Part shown: positions 1-11,499 of the stretch, piece after piece
Layout: each line of letters opens with the position of its first letter
Position numbering within the stretch: the first letter of the stretch is position 1
Source of the DNA: Felis catus
Lineage: Eukaryota
NCBI RefSeq assembly: GCF_018350175.1
Contig: NC_058378.1
Location: forward strand, 74,524,001 to 74,588,000
Reading direction: 5' to 3'
DNA: 64,000 bases
Position numbers and translations under genes: made by a program
Notes under the pieces: generated by a model
The model's input: only the letters and a program-made list of their open reading frames with translations
Databases searched by the model: none
What the model was told of the DNA's origin: nothing

Positions 1-166
1 TCACAGTGAGTGAGTTCGAGTCCCGCGTTGGGATCTGTGCTGACAGCTCAGAGCCTGGAACCTGCTTCGGATGCTGTGTCTCCCTGTCTCTCTGCCCTTC
101 TCCTGCTTGCACTCTGTGTCTCCCTCTCTCTAAATAAATAAATAAACAACAACAACAACAGCAAAA
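1..166 (+). mobile_element. CanSINE (SINEC_Fc2-like), 5' end outside the window
   Basis: Body motif GTGCTGACAGCTCAGAGCCTGGAACCTGCTTCGGAT, CT-rich tract, AATAAATAAA/(CAA)n tail. Confidence 0.9.
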
Positions 167-1921
167 CTTCAAGAAATAAAATATATGGTGGTTGTGAATT
201 TAAAGATCTTGGTGGCTATGTTCTCAGATGGTATTAGTTTTGTTCATACTAGGCTATCTTTGTGATTGCTGGGAACTTTCCAGAAAATGTAGTATTTAGG
301 AATTTCAGTAGGTCTTATCTATTTTCTCATGAAAGAGCAGATTATGGTTATTTCTTCAGGCATGTATGTTACATCCTTCTAAAAATAAACTACAGAATTT
401 CCTGTTATGTAAAACATATATATTAAAAAGGGAGAAAAATCCTTTTTCCAGCTAACATTTTTCTGCTCAAACTTGTATTTTTTCCTAGGCATGCATTCCT
501 TTATTTATATACTAATTAATTCCCCCAAAAAGACAGTTTACCATCGAACTATGCTCTTCTTTAGCAATAGTTAAATCTCTAGTTTATGAAAACCAGAACT
601 TATATAATCAGGCAAGAATATGTAACAAACCAGAAAGACTGATGTGAGTTAGAGTTTGGAACTAGTTTTGGAGATAGTTTTATCAGAACATCTAGAGCAG
701 ATTTTAGCACAAGACTCTAACTCCCGTTTTGTGAACGGAGAGGCACTCCACGTGTCATTAATTTTCCTGAAAGACATTTCTTGCCCTAAAATTTATTTCT
801 CTACCTCTCCGCTTTTTCCAACAGGTTCAAGATGCTGACTTTGTCAATAGTGTGGGGTCTGAGAATCTGCCTTATAAGAGAGCACCCTGGACATTTCTAA
901 ACCAGGCTGCAGAGAGACAGGCGCTCCCCAAGGGAAATAGTCTCCTAACTCTTCTCAAAAAAAAAAAAAAAAAAAAAGTAAAATAAAAACAAAACTTTTC
1001 AATGTCACTGAGTTGTGAATGATTTTTTCTGTTAAAAGAAGAAAAGCGCTATAATCGAGCACCCGAAAAGTGCCTACATAGTAGTTTATACACAGACAAA
1101 GCAGCTGGTTGAAAATCAACACTTCAGATCTTTCGTCTACATAGAGCCAAAATGCCAGTTCGCTTTACTGATGTCTTCGATGATTTGACTTTTTCCTACA
1201 AGGTTTACTGAGCTAACAAACTAGACACAGATTTATATATATGGTGGAAAGATTCTCCTGAAAGTGGGCACCGTTACATTAGATGACACAGTCCCGTGGT
1301 AGACCAGAAGGTCGCGTTATACGGAGAGGCTGCTTGAATTGGTCCTTCGAGATCCTGATGCATCATTTACACCTACAAAAAGTTGTATGCATCTGAACAT
1401 CAGACGCAGACTTTCTTGCCACTTTGGAGAATTGCTTTAAAATGTTCTCAGTAATTGCTATTTTGTAATATTTTTTTCCAGAGTACGCTGTAAAATCCTT
1501 CAGAAAGAGGTAAGGTGATGGGATGCGTCTGCTCCAGGTGCCTGGCCCTCAGGCCCTTTGGGCTGCCCCCTGACCAGAGCCTCAGGGTCGAGACCCACAG
1601 TAGTGCTGGTACCCGGTAGGGAAGAGGAAGTGTCTTCAGACCCGGCTCCCTCATACACTTCTTGGACTCAGCTCATCGTCCTTTTGTCCTGTCTCTTAGG
1701 GACTTGGTCACCTAGTTCCATCCACTTCGCCTCTGACTTAGAAATCCCGAGAATGTGATTTCAGGACATTTGTGGTTTCAGACATCCTTGTCTGTCACCT
1801 TGACCACTCAGGTCACTGTAGCCTGTTCCCAGAAAAGCCATTTGGGCACCGTGGGATATTAACACGCATGACAACAATGATGACGGTGACGATGCTAGCA
1901 TCAGCAACAATAGGGAGGTAG

Positions 1922-2418
1922 AAATAGCTCACAGCATGTTTACGGTGTGTCTGATGCGTGCGTAATACACACATGTATATTACCTCATTTAATTCTTACA
2001 ACAACCACGTGAGGCCGATTTTAGAATCCCCATCTTACAGATGATGCAAACGAAGCACGGGCAGATTAAGAAACTTGCCCAAGATTGGGGCGCCTGGGTG
2101 GCTCAGTCGGTGAAGCGGCCGACTTCGGCTCAGGTCATGATCTCGCGGTCCGTGAGTTCGAGCCCCGCGTCAGGCTCCGTGCTGACAGCTCAGAGCCTGG
2201 AGCCTGTTTTGGATTCTGTGTCTCCCTCTCTCTGACCCTCCCCCATTCATGCTCCGTCTCTCTCTGTCTCAAAAATAAATAAACACTAAAAAAAAAATTA
2301 AAAAAGAAAAAAAAGAAACTTGCCCAAGATTAAGTAAGTAGTGAGCAGCAGAGTCAGGGTTTGAACCAAGAGAATGTTGTTCTAGAATCCATGCTGTTAC
2401 TCACTTCCCTGTGCTGCC
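1922..2418 (-). mobile_element. MIR, interrupted by a CanSINE
   Basis: Reverse-complement MIR core (CTCATTTAATTCTTACAACAACC...CCCATCTTACAGATGA...TTGCCCAAG) resumes after the SINE (GGGTTTGAACC). Confidence 0.75.
2087..2312 (+). mobile_element. Full-length feline CanSINE
   Basis: GGGGCGCCTGGGTGGCTCAGTCGG head, GTTCGAG B-box-like motif, A tail. Perfect 19-bp TSD AAGAAACTTGCCCAAGATT at 2068-2086 and 2313-2331. Confidence 0.97.
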
Positions 2419-3873
2419 GTAAGCTAATCTTAAATTGACTAATGATAAATAGACCTTACATTTGTGTAGCTAGAAGCATTAATTTCGTATGATCTTCACA
2501 AGAGGTATGAAATGGCTATAATGATCGCAGTCTTAAAGCAAGAATACCACAAAATACTGTAACTATTTCATGCTGCCCTGTGGTGAGAAACCGTATAAAT
2601 ATTTAATTACTTATGTTGATATTCTTTCTACATCGAAGGAAACTTTTCCCCCAGTCCTGAGATGTTAATAGGTACAAAGATTTTTCCATTTGTCTCTTTG
2701 ATTTTGTTTGATGATAGCTTTAAAATTATTGTTTCAAAGCCCTCTAAGGTAATCCAGTAGAAAGAGTAAGCTTACTTTTTCAGGAAAACTAAAGGCCATT
2801 CAGTTCCTTCAAAGAAATTTGGGACAGATGTGTTTTTTCTTCATCTTCTTCAATGAACCCAGAGGAAGAAAAATGTATTTTATTTCTTGTGAAATGCACT
2901 TTACTGTTCATCTCTGTATGTGGGACTGTCAAAGTTTATAAGTTTGGCAGTGTTCTAACGTGGCCATTCTGTTCTCCTTTAGAAACTTATTAAATCTATA
3001 TTTATTATGAAAACCAGAACATGGCAGAAGTTTTTTTTTTCATCTTTTGACATTTACTTGTTGGTTAGTGTTTTTAAGTCATGCTAGATCTCAAACCAGA
3101 ATGACAAAACATCCAAGACTTAAGTGTTTCCAAAGCTTATTTGAAGAGGGGGGAGGCATGGTGAATGACGATGCCCGACACTTCTGTGCAATGTTTCATC
3201 TGAGAATCGACAGTGATGTGAGAGCCGTGAACTAACTCCTTTAGGTTGACGTAGGTTTTTCAGAAGGGGAAAACGAATGGATTACCCTTTTGTCAAGGTT
3301 TCGTCCAACAATGTTGCTAACTTACAACACGTAAGCTCCGTGGGATTTTTAGAAGTTTGGATGTGGTCTAGGTTGGAGACAGGTGAGCAGACTGGATGGC
3401 ATTTCCCGTTTCCTCTTGGATCTAGGATCCTGAGATTTCCCGCCCCCTCCCCAGGTCATTTCTTGGAACTCATGAAGCCCAGCTGGCCTGCCAACACCAC
3501 CCATTCCAATCTCCCTTGAGTTATCAGGCAGGCCCCCCAAGCTCCAATTTTAATATCCCAGCTTTGCCTGATGCTCTAGATATTTGAAAGAGGTTGGGAG
3601 TTGACATTAGCTGTGTCCTAGTGCATTGGAGAAGTTATTCTATTATCTTCAACTTATACTGGATGATTGGGTTTAACCACCTCTAAGAGGGTTTGGGGAG
3701 GTTTTAGCTTCATTCCCTTGTGATCACCGATGGCATTTTTTTCATTAACTAAGAAGCTTTTCAGGTTAGAGGAAATGGCTAATCATGTCATTTCTATTTG
3801 GGGCTCATTTTAACTTACTTCTTATTCAAAAATCCACCTTTAAATAAAGTGATTCAAGAATCACAATTATTTA

Positions 3874-4090
3874 AATTTTTTTTTTCCCAACGTTTATTTA
3901 TTTTTGGGACAGAGAGAGACAGAGCATGAACGGGGGAGGGGCAGAGAGAGAGGGAGACACAGAGTCGGAAACGGGCTCCAGGCTCTGAGCCATCAGCCCA
4001 GAGCCCGACGCGGGGCTCGAACTCCCGGACCGCGAGATCGTGACCTGGCTGAAGTCGGCCGCTCAACCGACTGCGCCACCCAGGCGCCCC
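3874..4090 (-). mobile_element. Young feline CanSINE (SINEC_Fc1-like)
   Basis: Diagnostic GGCGCAGTCGG, CAGCCAGGTCACG and TGGGCTGATGG variants on the minus strand. 17-bp TSD AGAATCAYAATTATTTA at 3857-3873 and 4092-4108 (1 mismatch). Confidence 0.97.
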
Positions 4091-5734
4091 TAGAATCATA
4101 ATTATTTATACAAAATACGTATGTTAACCCAGTCATAGTAATGAGTGGAAGATGAGATTTAAAATCTATTCCCTACCTTCACATGGAATTCAGCGTTAGA
4201 TACGGCTCCCATCTTGTGGTAACATCACTTCAACCCGCGAGGCTGATGGGGCAGTCTCGAGGAAAGCATGGAAACAGAGGAAGAATTCTCCACGGTTATG
4301 AACGAACATTCATATGATGGGGTGGGGGGAAAGGGGAGTTCTATAAACACTTTTCTACACTCCCTACACTTTAATAGGCTGAATTTTCTCATGCCCCATT
4401 ATTTTCCTGTTGGGTGCAGGAGAAAATAACTATTCTACAGATAGCTCACAAAAGAGTGGCCAACAACTACAGTTACATAGAATGCTTTTACACAGATTTT
4501 TCCAGAACCCATAACTTGAATGAAAAGCTCTTTTTTTCCTTTGCTCCACAGTGATGAGAACAGTTTGTTTGACTCATACCAAACCAAATCAAGCATTTCT
4601 GTGGGCACAAAGAGGAATGTGGAGCAAAGACAGATTTTCTTCCTTAAAAAAGAATATGTGCATGGAAAACAAAATTGCTTCAAATTTCACAACATCCTAA
4701 CCATTAAACACTGAAGGCGGATTCGGGTCAGTCCAATTTCCTTTGCAGATATTTGACTTTAAAAATCACATATTCAACTTTTAAAAATGGATTTGTGTGA
4801 GATGATATATAAAAAAAATCCCATGATATATAAGTCATGATGAGTTTCAGCTTATGTTTAATCTCTGCCTCTTCATCTTTAAGAGATGCAAATTGCCTTC
4901 AGGCAATAGCAGAGATGTCCTGCCCTATTTCCTCCAAATCAGCCCCTAAAGACATTTACATTAGAAACTCGGACTGACGCCTAAATAAATGAGTTTCTTC
5001 AAAAGGCTGGCTGCCCCCTATCTAGGAAATTAAAAGTCATTGGGGAGAATTTTATTTTAAAAAAGCAAAAACAGATAAGTACACTGTTCTCCGTCTCTCA
5101 GCCCAGCCCTAGTAGGACATTTTAGAATCTCGAATGACTGATCCTGTTAACCATGTGGCTAATCCTAAGAGGGAGAGCAAAACTTTTTCCAAAGGACCCT
5201 AGTATCATACTCTCCCAGTTGTTCCAAGACCTCAGCGTTGTGACTGTACTTATTCAAAGAATGTCATCTATTTGTTCTCCTCTTTGAGAATATTACATTG
5301 CCGATGTATTTTAGATTTGATCTGATTTTATTTGAAGCTACGATAATCCCTCACCACGCGTTGGAGACCTAGCTACAGATTTGGGCGTCAGAGCTCGGAG
5401 AAATTCTCTGTTTGTTCTCTTGTCCTTGAAGCAAGGAAAACATCATGGTATCTACCTTCCCACAAGGCTGCTGTGGGCACTGAAATTATGGAAAATCAGG
5501 TGACCAAGGTGTAGACTGAGTCTTTGATGATTGTCCAGGCCTCGTTTTCCTGCTCAGCCTTGCCACAAACCTTGCAACATAAGGAGAGCACGTGTCTCCG
5601 CTGTTATTCCTAGTGTGTAGATGAGGAAAGCAATGCTTAGCAAGGAAGAGCGGCTTGCCCAACATCACGGAGTTAGCAGGTGTGAGGACCAAGAAGCAAG
5701 CTTGATGCTTTTGACTCTCATCCCCATACTCTTT

Positions 5735-5748
5735 TTTTTTTTCAACGT

Positions 5749-5779
<31 letters not shown>

Positions 5780-5969
5780 TTTTTGGGACAGAGAGAGACA
5801 GAGCATGAACGGGGGAGGGGCAGAGGGAGAGGGAGACACAGAATCGGAAACAGGCTCCAGGCTCTGAGCCATCAGCCCAGAGCCCGATGCGGGGCTCGAA
5901 CTCACGGACCGCGAGATCGTGACCTGGCTGAAGTCGGATGCTTAACCGACTGCGCCACCCAGGCGCCCC
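5735..5969 (-). mobile_element. Young feline CanSINE (SINEC_Fc1-like) with expanded (TTTA)n
   Basis: Same diagnostic variants. Perfect 19-bp TSD TCTCATCCCCATACTCTTT at 5716-5734 and 5970-5988. Confidence 0.97.
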
Positions 5970-6229
5970 TCTCATCCCCATACTCTTTATGGAGGTGCCA
6001 AGAAATTCCTTTATGAATGGTAAGGTGCCTTACAAATGTGAGATATTACACCATCAGACCCTTTAAGCCTTACTCCTGACCTTCCGGGGCCAAGGCCAGG
6101 AAAAAACAGGGAAATCTTGGAAAGCTAAACCAATGGACTTTTAATAAAACAGTTGAGGAGAGAGGCCATGCAGAAACAGCAGGAAAATACCGGATATTTG
6201 GGGCAGAAAACTCAGCTGTTCGACAAAGA

Positions 6230-6540
6230 CTGGTCATTCATTGGGGAAAGAAATAGTGAGTCGACAGCCTGAAGAACAAGTTCACAAGAAGGAAAGGTGA
6301 CTGAAGCTCTCCCACCCCTTAGGAGTGCAATTCTGAACACATACTCTACCTTGGCTTCTGTGGGGATGAAGGTCCAGTTATTCACTGTGGTAAGTTGCTT
6401 GATCATGTTCTTCTTTTGCTTGAATGACTTCCCTGTCCTTTTCCCGTTTGCCCACCTGTGTTTCCTTCACCTTCCAAATAAACTACTTGCATCCACATCC
6501 TTCTTCCAGAATTGGCTTCTGGAGGAACCCGAACAAGACA
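6230..6540 (+). mobile_element. ERVL LTR 3' part (LTR33/LTR16-like)
   Basis: Ends CCAAATAAACTACTTGCATCC...GCTTCTGGAGGAACCCGAACAAGACA, resembling the recalled LTR33 3' terminus. 5' limit uncertain. Confidence 0.6.
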
Positions 6541-6656
6541 CATCCTGCTGAGGGAAATCATTGAGGAACCATTGTCCAGGCAGAGTCAGGGGCCACGGGC
6601 CAGCTAGGATACATGGGGAGAAGGGGCATCAGCCTTTTAATAAGAAGGAACTAAAT

Positions 6657-6867
6657 GGGGTGCCTGGGTGGCTCAGTCGATTAAGTGACCAACTCTTGAT
6701 TCTGCTCAGGTCATGATCTCTTGGTTCATGAGCTTGAGCCCTGTGTCTGGCTCTGCACGGAGCCTGAAGCCTGCTTGGGATTCTCTTTCTCCCTCTCTTT
6801 CTGCTCCTCCCCCACTCGTGTTCTCTCTCTGGGTCTCAAAAAAATAAATAAATAAACATTTTTAAGA
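6657..6867 (+). mobile_element. Older CanSINE (short form, GCCTGCTTGGGATTCTCT type)
   Basis: GGGGTGCCTGGGTGGCTCAG head. Near-TSD AAGAAGGAA(C/G)TAAA at 6642 and 6868. Confidence 0.93.
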
Positions 6868-6945
6868 AAGAAGGAAGTAAAGCCCTAATATGAAGGGTAT
6901 TCAGGGACTATTTATACCTTTCTTAATAGAAAGAGTCTATTCCAT

Positions 6946-7176
6946 GGGGCGCCTGGGTGGCGCAGTCGGTTAAGCGTCCGACTTCAGCCAGGTCACGATC
7001 TCACGGTCTGTGGGTTCGAGCCCCGCGTCGGGCTCTGGGCTGATGGCTCAGAGCCTGGAGCCTGCTTCCGATTCTGTGTCTCCCTCTCTCTCTGCCCCTC
7101 CCCCGTTCATGCTCTGTCTCTCTCTGTCTCAAAAATAAATAAAAAAACGTTAAAAAAAAATTTAAAAAAAAAAAAA
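6946..7176 (+). mobile_element. Young feline CanSINE (SINEC_Fc1-like)
   Basis: GGCGCAGTCGGTTAAGCGTCCGACTTCAGCCAGGTCACG, long A tail. TSD AGAAAGAGTCTATTCC at 6928-6943 and 7177-7192. Confidence 0.97.
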
Positions 7177-9589
7177 AGAAAGAGTCTATTCCCAAGGATA
7201 GGTGGAGTGTGTAAGGAAATGTTGCTGGCCATGGTGGCTGGTCTCAGGAATACAGGAGCAAAGACAAATTCAGCACTAATTAAGGCCAAGAGGGATCTTG
7301 GGCAAGATTTAACCCAACCTGTCGTTCTATGGATGAGAGACTGAGGAACAGAGAGGATGCATGTCTTACCCTGGTCAATGACACAACACTTAGTGGTTGG
7401 ACTCAAGCCTCCCACTGGTACTGTTTGATCTCTCCATGCTGTAGAGGCAAATGACCAAGGCAGAACTTTGGTTCTTAGTCTTCATAGTTATTTTGAAAAG
7501 AGTGCTTAGTCCTGTGGGCTAAGCAGAAATAGAAAAAGTCAAATTAAGCCTCAATTTCCTCTTAAGTGCTGGCACCCACAAAGAAGGGCAGACTACAAGG
7601 TCTAAAGTCTACCCATTTTAGAAGATGTGTATAATAAGCCTCTGTCACCTGATGGGAGTGCTGCTGTGAGTTTTAATTACTATTCATTAAGGGCACAGAT
7701 GTGGTCTGTTAAGTGAAATACTCTAAATGAATTGCATGATCGTTTTCCCAGGTCCTAAAGAAATGACAAACTTTTAAGGACCCAACTCTTTTGGCCAATG
7801 CTGATGTTGTATCATTATTACTATTATTATTATTAACAACATTATGTTATATGTAATATCAGATATTATATAGACCATGTATTGCATAATATCTCTATAG
7901 AGTATTAATAAATAATAAATATTGTATTGTATTGTCTGATCTCTCTCTCTAAATCCAGGTAAAAAAAAATATTTACTGTTGAATTTAACAGAGAGTATCT
8001 TCCTAAGAAGTTCTAAAATTGATTTCGGTCATGAAGGCTGTGCAGAATTATGCCCGCAGAGAACTTCAGGGACGAAGATGTAATAGTCTCCCCACTTCCT
8101 TCCTTCTTATAAGCGGCCCCAAATATTTAGGGAAGCATTCTACCTCTGAGGTACTTTACTCTGGTGAGCTCAGAGTCCCTCTTGTATGCTCTTTTCAAAT
8201 ATCAAAGACTGGCTCTAGAAAAACAAGACTTAGGTCTTAGAGGAGCTAACTTCAAGTGACTACCTGTGAGGCTGTATACGTACACATTTATATACATGCA
8301 CACAGCCTGATAGAATTCTTTGGAATATTTAACACACTTTTTAACAATATTGCACGTGTTTCTCTCTGCAGGGGACTACGTGGTTGTAAATAGGATAAGA
8401 AAGCAAAAACTGGATTTCTGGGAATGGAGGGCTGATTTATTTCTAAACAGTAAAGGGTGAAAATGGACAGGACCATTTAGTTCATGTACTCAATGTCCTA
8501 TGACTAAGGAAACTCAGGCCAGAAGGAAAGGACCAGTCAAAGGCCACCCAACTCATCAGTGGGAAGCCAAGTCTTCCAAATCTCAGTCCACCGTCCTCTC
8601 CCCAAGACCAGCAGGATGGTTTCCTTGTCCTGAGGAATGACTGTGCATTGGCTCCTTTGTGGCCATTCTTCCTTGGCCCACGGCACCTCTCCTAGACCAA
8701 GCAAAACAAATACCACTTATGTGAGAGTCCTCCTGGGGAGAAGCCTGTGTTTTGAGAAGAGGTGCAAGTTCTCCCATCCTCACTGATATTGGTCTGTAGA
8801 GATATCCAGACTCAAGAAGCCGCTGCAGTTTGGAGTGCTGAAACATTTGTGCAATTGTCATGATGAAATGCAAATGGAAGCATTTTGCAAGCTGTCCTTT
8901 ACCCTTGTCAGGGGCTCCACCGAGGAGGATCTGAATGTCAAGTCGCGTCTTTTCAACCCCAGGAAAGGATGGTGCTGACTCCACGTCCAGGAAGCAGTTC
9001 ATCAGTTTCATCGCCTCGTTCTCAGAGGATTTTCTAGGTGCGGACAGGCAGATCAAAAGGCCCTACGGGCTGATCTGGGCTCTTCGGCAAAATGATACGA
9101 TGGATGAACAGCTCTCTCTTTCTGCTGGAGTGCCTGGCAATTGAGGTGACCTTCGACACATAGAGGAGGCAGCCCCCTCGAATGTCACAATTTCAGGGCC
9201 CTAGGAGGACCCCTCCTATACCCCAACACCCCTCCAATACCCTCAAACCTGTTGGCTGGCCTCTAGAAGGACACTGTTCAAAACTCTTTCATGCTTGTTT
9301 TAGATCTCTAATGATGCACAAGAACCCCTGAGAAGAATAACCTAAGGTGTTATGGGTCGTTTTTTCCCCCCTTAAGGTAAATTAAGTCTTAGAGCCTGGG
9401 TTTTGATAGGGAATGTGAAAGCACATGCCAGAGGTACTTCCAGTAGGTAAGTGGAAGCAAATGCCATGCAGGGAGGGAAGCCGACCAGGGAGAGGCAGTG
9501 CTGGGGTGGACTAAGAAAAGCTGTACTTTTGGAGACTGTATCTCCTGCCATGACCTGTTCGCAGTGTTCTCAGAACTTAATTCACGCAA

Positions 9590-9760
9590 TCCTCCATCTG
9601 ATGGGGGAGACACTGTTAGCATCACCTCCGTCGGAGATGAGGACCGAGACACAAGAGATTAAGCAACGTGTCCCAGGTTACATGGCTTATAACTAGCGGA
9701 TCTCAAATCAGTCATCTGGCTCCAGAGTCCGAGCCCTGCACCGCTATAGTGACCGCTCAT
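9590..9760 (-). mobile_element. MIR fragment
   Basis: GATGAGGACCGAGACACAAGAGATTAAGCAACGTGTCCCAGGTTACATGGCT resembles the reverse-complement MIR core. Confidence 0.55.
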
Positions 9761-10741
9761 CTGCACTACTGTTTTGTCCTTGTGATGACCTGGTTGACCA
9801 CCTTGTCTTTCTCACCATTGAAATGGCTCGAACAAGACTCTTCGCTGCTCCCCATCTGGATGTCCTGATGAGTTCGGGACTTAAAGTCCCAAAGCTGTGC
9901 TGTCTTGATGACCCTTATGGAACACTGTTTGCCCGAGATTTGGGGAACCTTCAAGCACGGAGGTTTCGGTGCCCCCCCTTTGTAGATGAATGTCTCAACA
10001 AAGAGTAGAAAACAAGGTGAAAGGTAGGTAGGATGCAGGGCAGAAATGGAGGGCTACCTATTTATAATAGACGTGGGGAAGGCTGGACCGTTCCTGCTGA
10101 TATGGACTCAGCCCCAGAGTCCTAACAAGGGTTTTGTCTCTGTGGATGAAGGAGCACCACCCCGGTTCTGAGGCTCGATCATGGGAATGAGGTAATGGCT
10201 TTTAGGTTTGAAGCCCATTAATAATACAGGCTCTAGGGTAGACAGTGCTACCACCCACCCTGGTGTCCTTCTCCACACACAAATAGAAGACCGGGGTTCC
10301 CAAGCCATCCAAGGTAGCACTTTTCACAAATATCAGACATAAATAATTGAAGTGGCAATGTTCAAAAACAGGAGAGACAAAATCCCAGGTGATTTTGCTG
10401 TTTACCCCTCTCTCTGTGTGCCTCTGCCTCTCTTGCAGATCGTGGGCTGAGTGAGGACTTTGAATCACTGTCCCTCTAACACCTCAGCTAAATTCTTTCA
10501 GAGCTGTGTGGGGTTTTTGTCACGGTTTTGAAGAGGGTCAAACGACAGAATAATGGATTCTAAACGTCTTTCTTAAGTTAGCTGCGTGGACCAAAAGATG
10601 AAAACCAAAGGGTCAATGAATTAGATAGCAAAGTTACCCGTGTCCCGAGTATGGAATTTACTTCCCGCCCTGTCGGAGCCCCACCAAAGTAGAGAAAAGT
10701 CCAGTACAATCTATAGGATTAATTGTCACATGAATCACTTG

Positions 10742-10922
10742 TTTTTTATTTATTTATTTATTTACTTACTTACTTACTTACTTATTTTTAAGTTTATTTA
10801 CTTTGAGAGACAGAGAGAAAGCAGGAGAGGGGCAGAGAGAGATGGAGAGAGAACCCCAAGATTATGACCTGAGCCAAGATCAAGAGTCAGACGCTTGACC
10901 ATCTGAGTCACCTAGGTGCCCC
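10742..10922 (-). mobile_element. Older CanSINE with internal deletion
   Basis: Tail, GA-rich tract and head are present, but GAGAACCCCAAG joins directly to ATTATGACCTGAGCC. Degenerate TSD GAATCA(C/T)TT. Confidence 0.88.
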
Positions 10923-11499
10923 GCGAATCATTTAGTTTTGCAATGGTGACACTGAACCTCTGGCGTACAGCCTCATACACAAAACTCTTTTCACATTTAG
11001 CTGCAATAGATACAATTGAAGGATCCTTCAATTTCTCTAACAGTGTCAGGTTTGAAATTAGTGATAATCTTCCTCAGCTCCAGTTGTAGCCGTTAGTTAC
11101 TGAAATTAGAAGGAGGAGTTATAAGCTAGTTATAAGTTATAAGCTAGTTATAAGCTATGTAACCTGGGACACATTGCTTCCTATTTGTCACTCCCTTAAG
11201 TGACACGGGCCTAAAAGCAGCGGCGGCCAGGCCGTGCCCCCCGTTTCAACCCGACACGTTACATACGTGCTTCTACAGTTAATTGGTTATTCAATGCTTC
11301 GAATAAGAAGACTGAAGATGGATGGATTAGGCCACACCCACTAAATGACCCTGTGTAACAGAGGCTTCCCACGTGAAATATTATGCCCCAAAGAATCCTG
11401 TCGCAGTACTACAAATGTAGCAAGAAAATCGATGTCCCTCAGGCCCAAACTATGCCTCACGTTAGGCTCCCCCGAATGAACGGAGTCAACATTCTGGTC

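Noticed and set aside
2087-2170. tRNA-like A/B box sequences
   Set aside because: They are the tRNA-derived heads of CanSINEs, followed by SINE body and tail, so they are not tRNA genes.
2041-7415. Recurrent ORFs such as GAPGWRSRLS...HDLAVREFEPR and GQRETEHERGRG (also at 48253, 48685, 54401, 62386)
   Set aside because: These are translations of CanSINE bodies, not genes.
8583-9056. 157-aa minus-strand ORF
   Set aside because: Non-ATG start, no recognisable domain or exon boundaries, and length compatible with chance.
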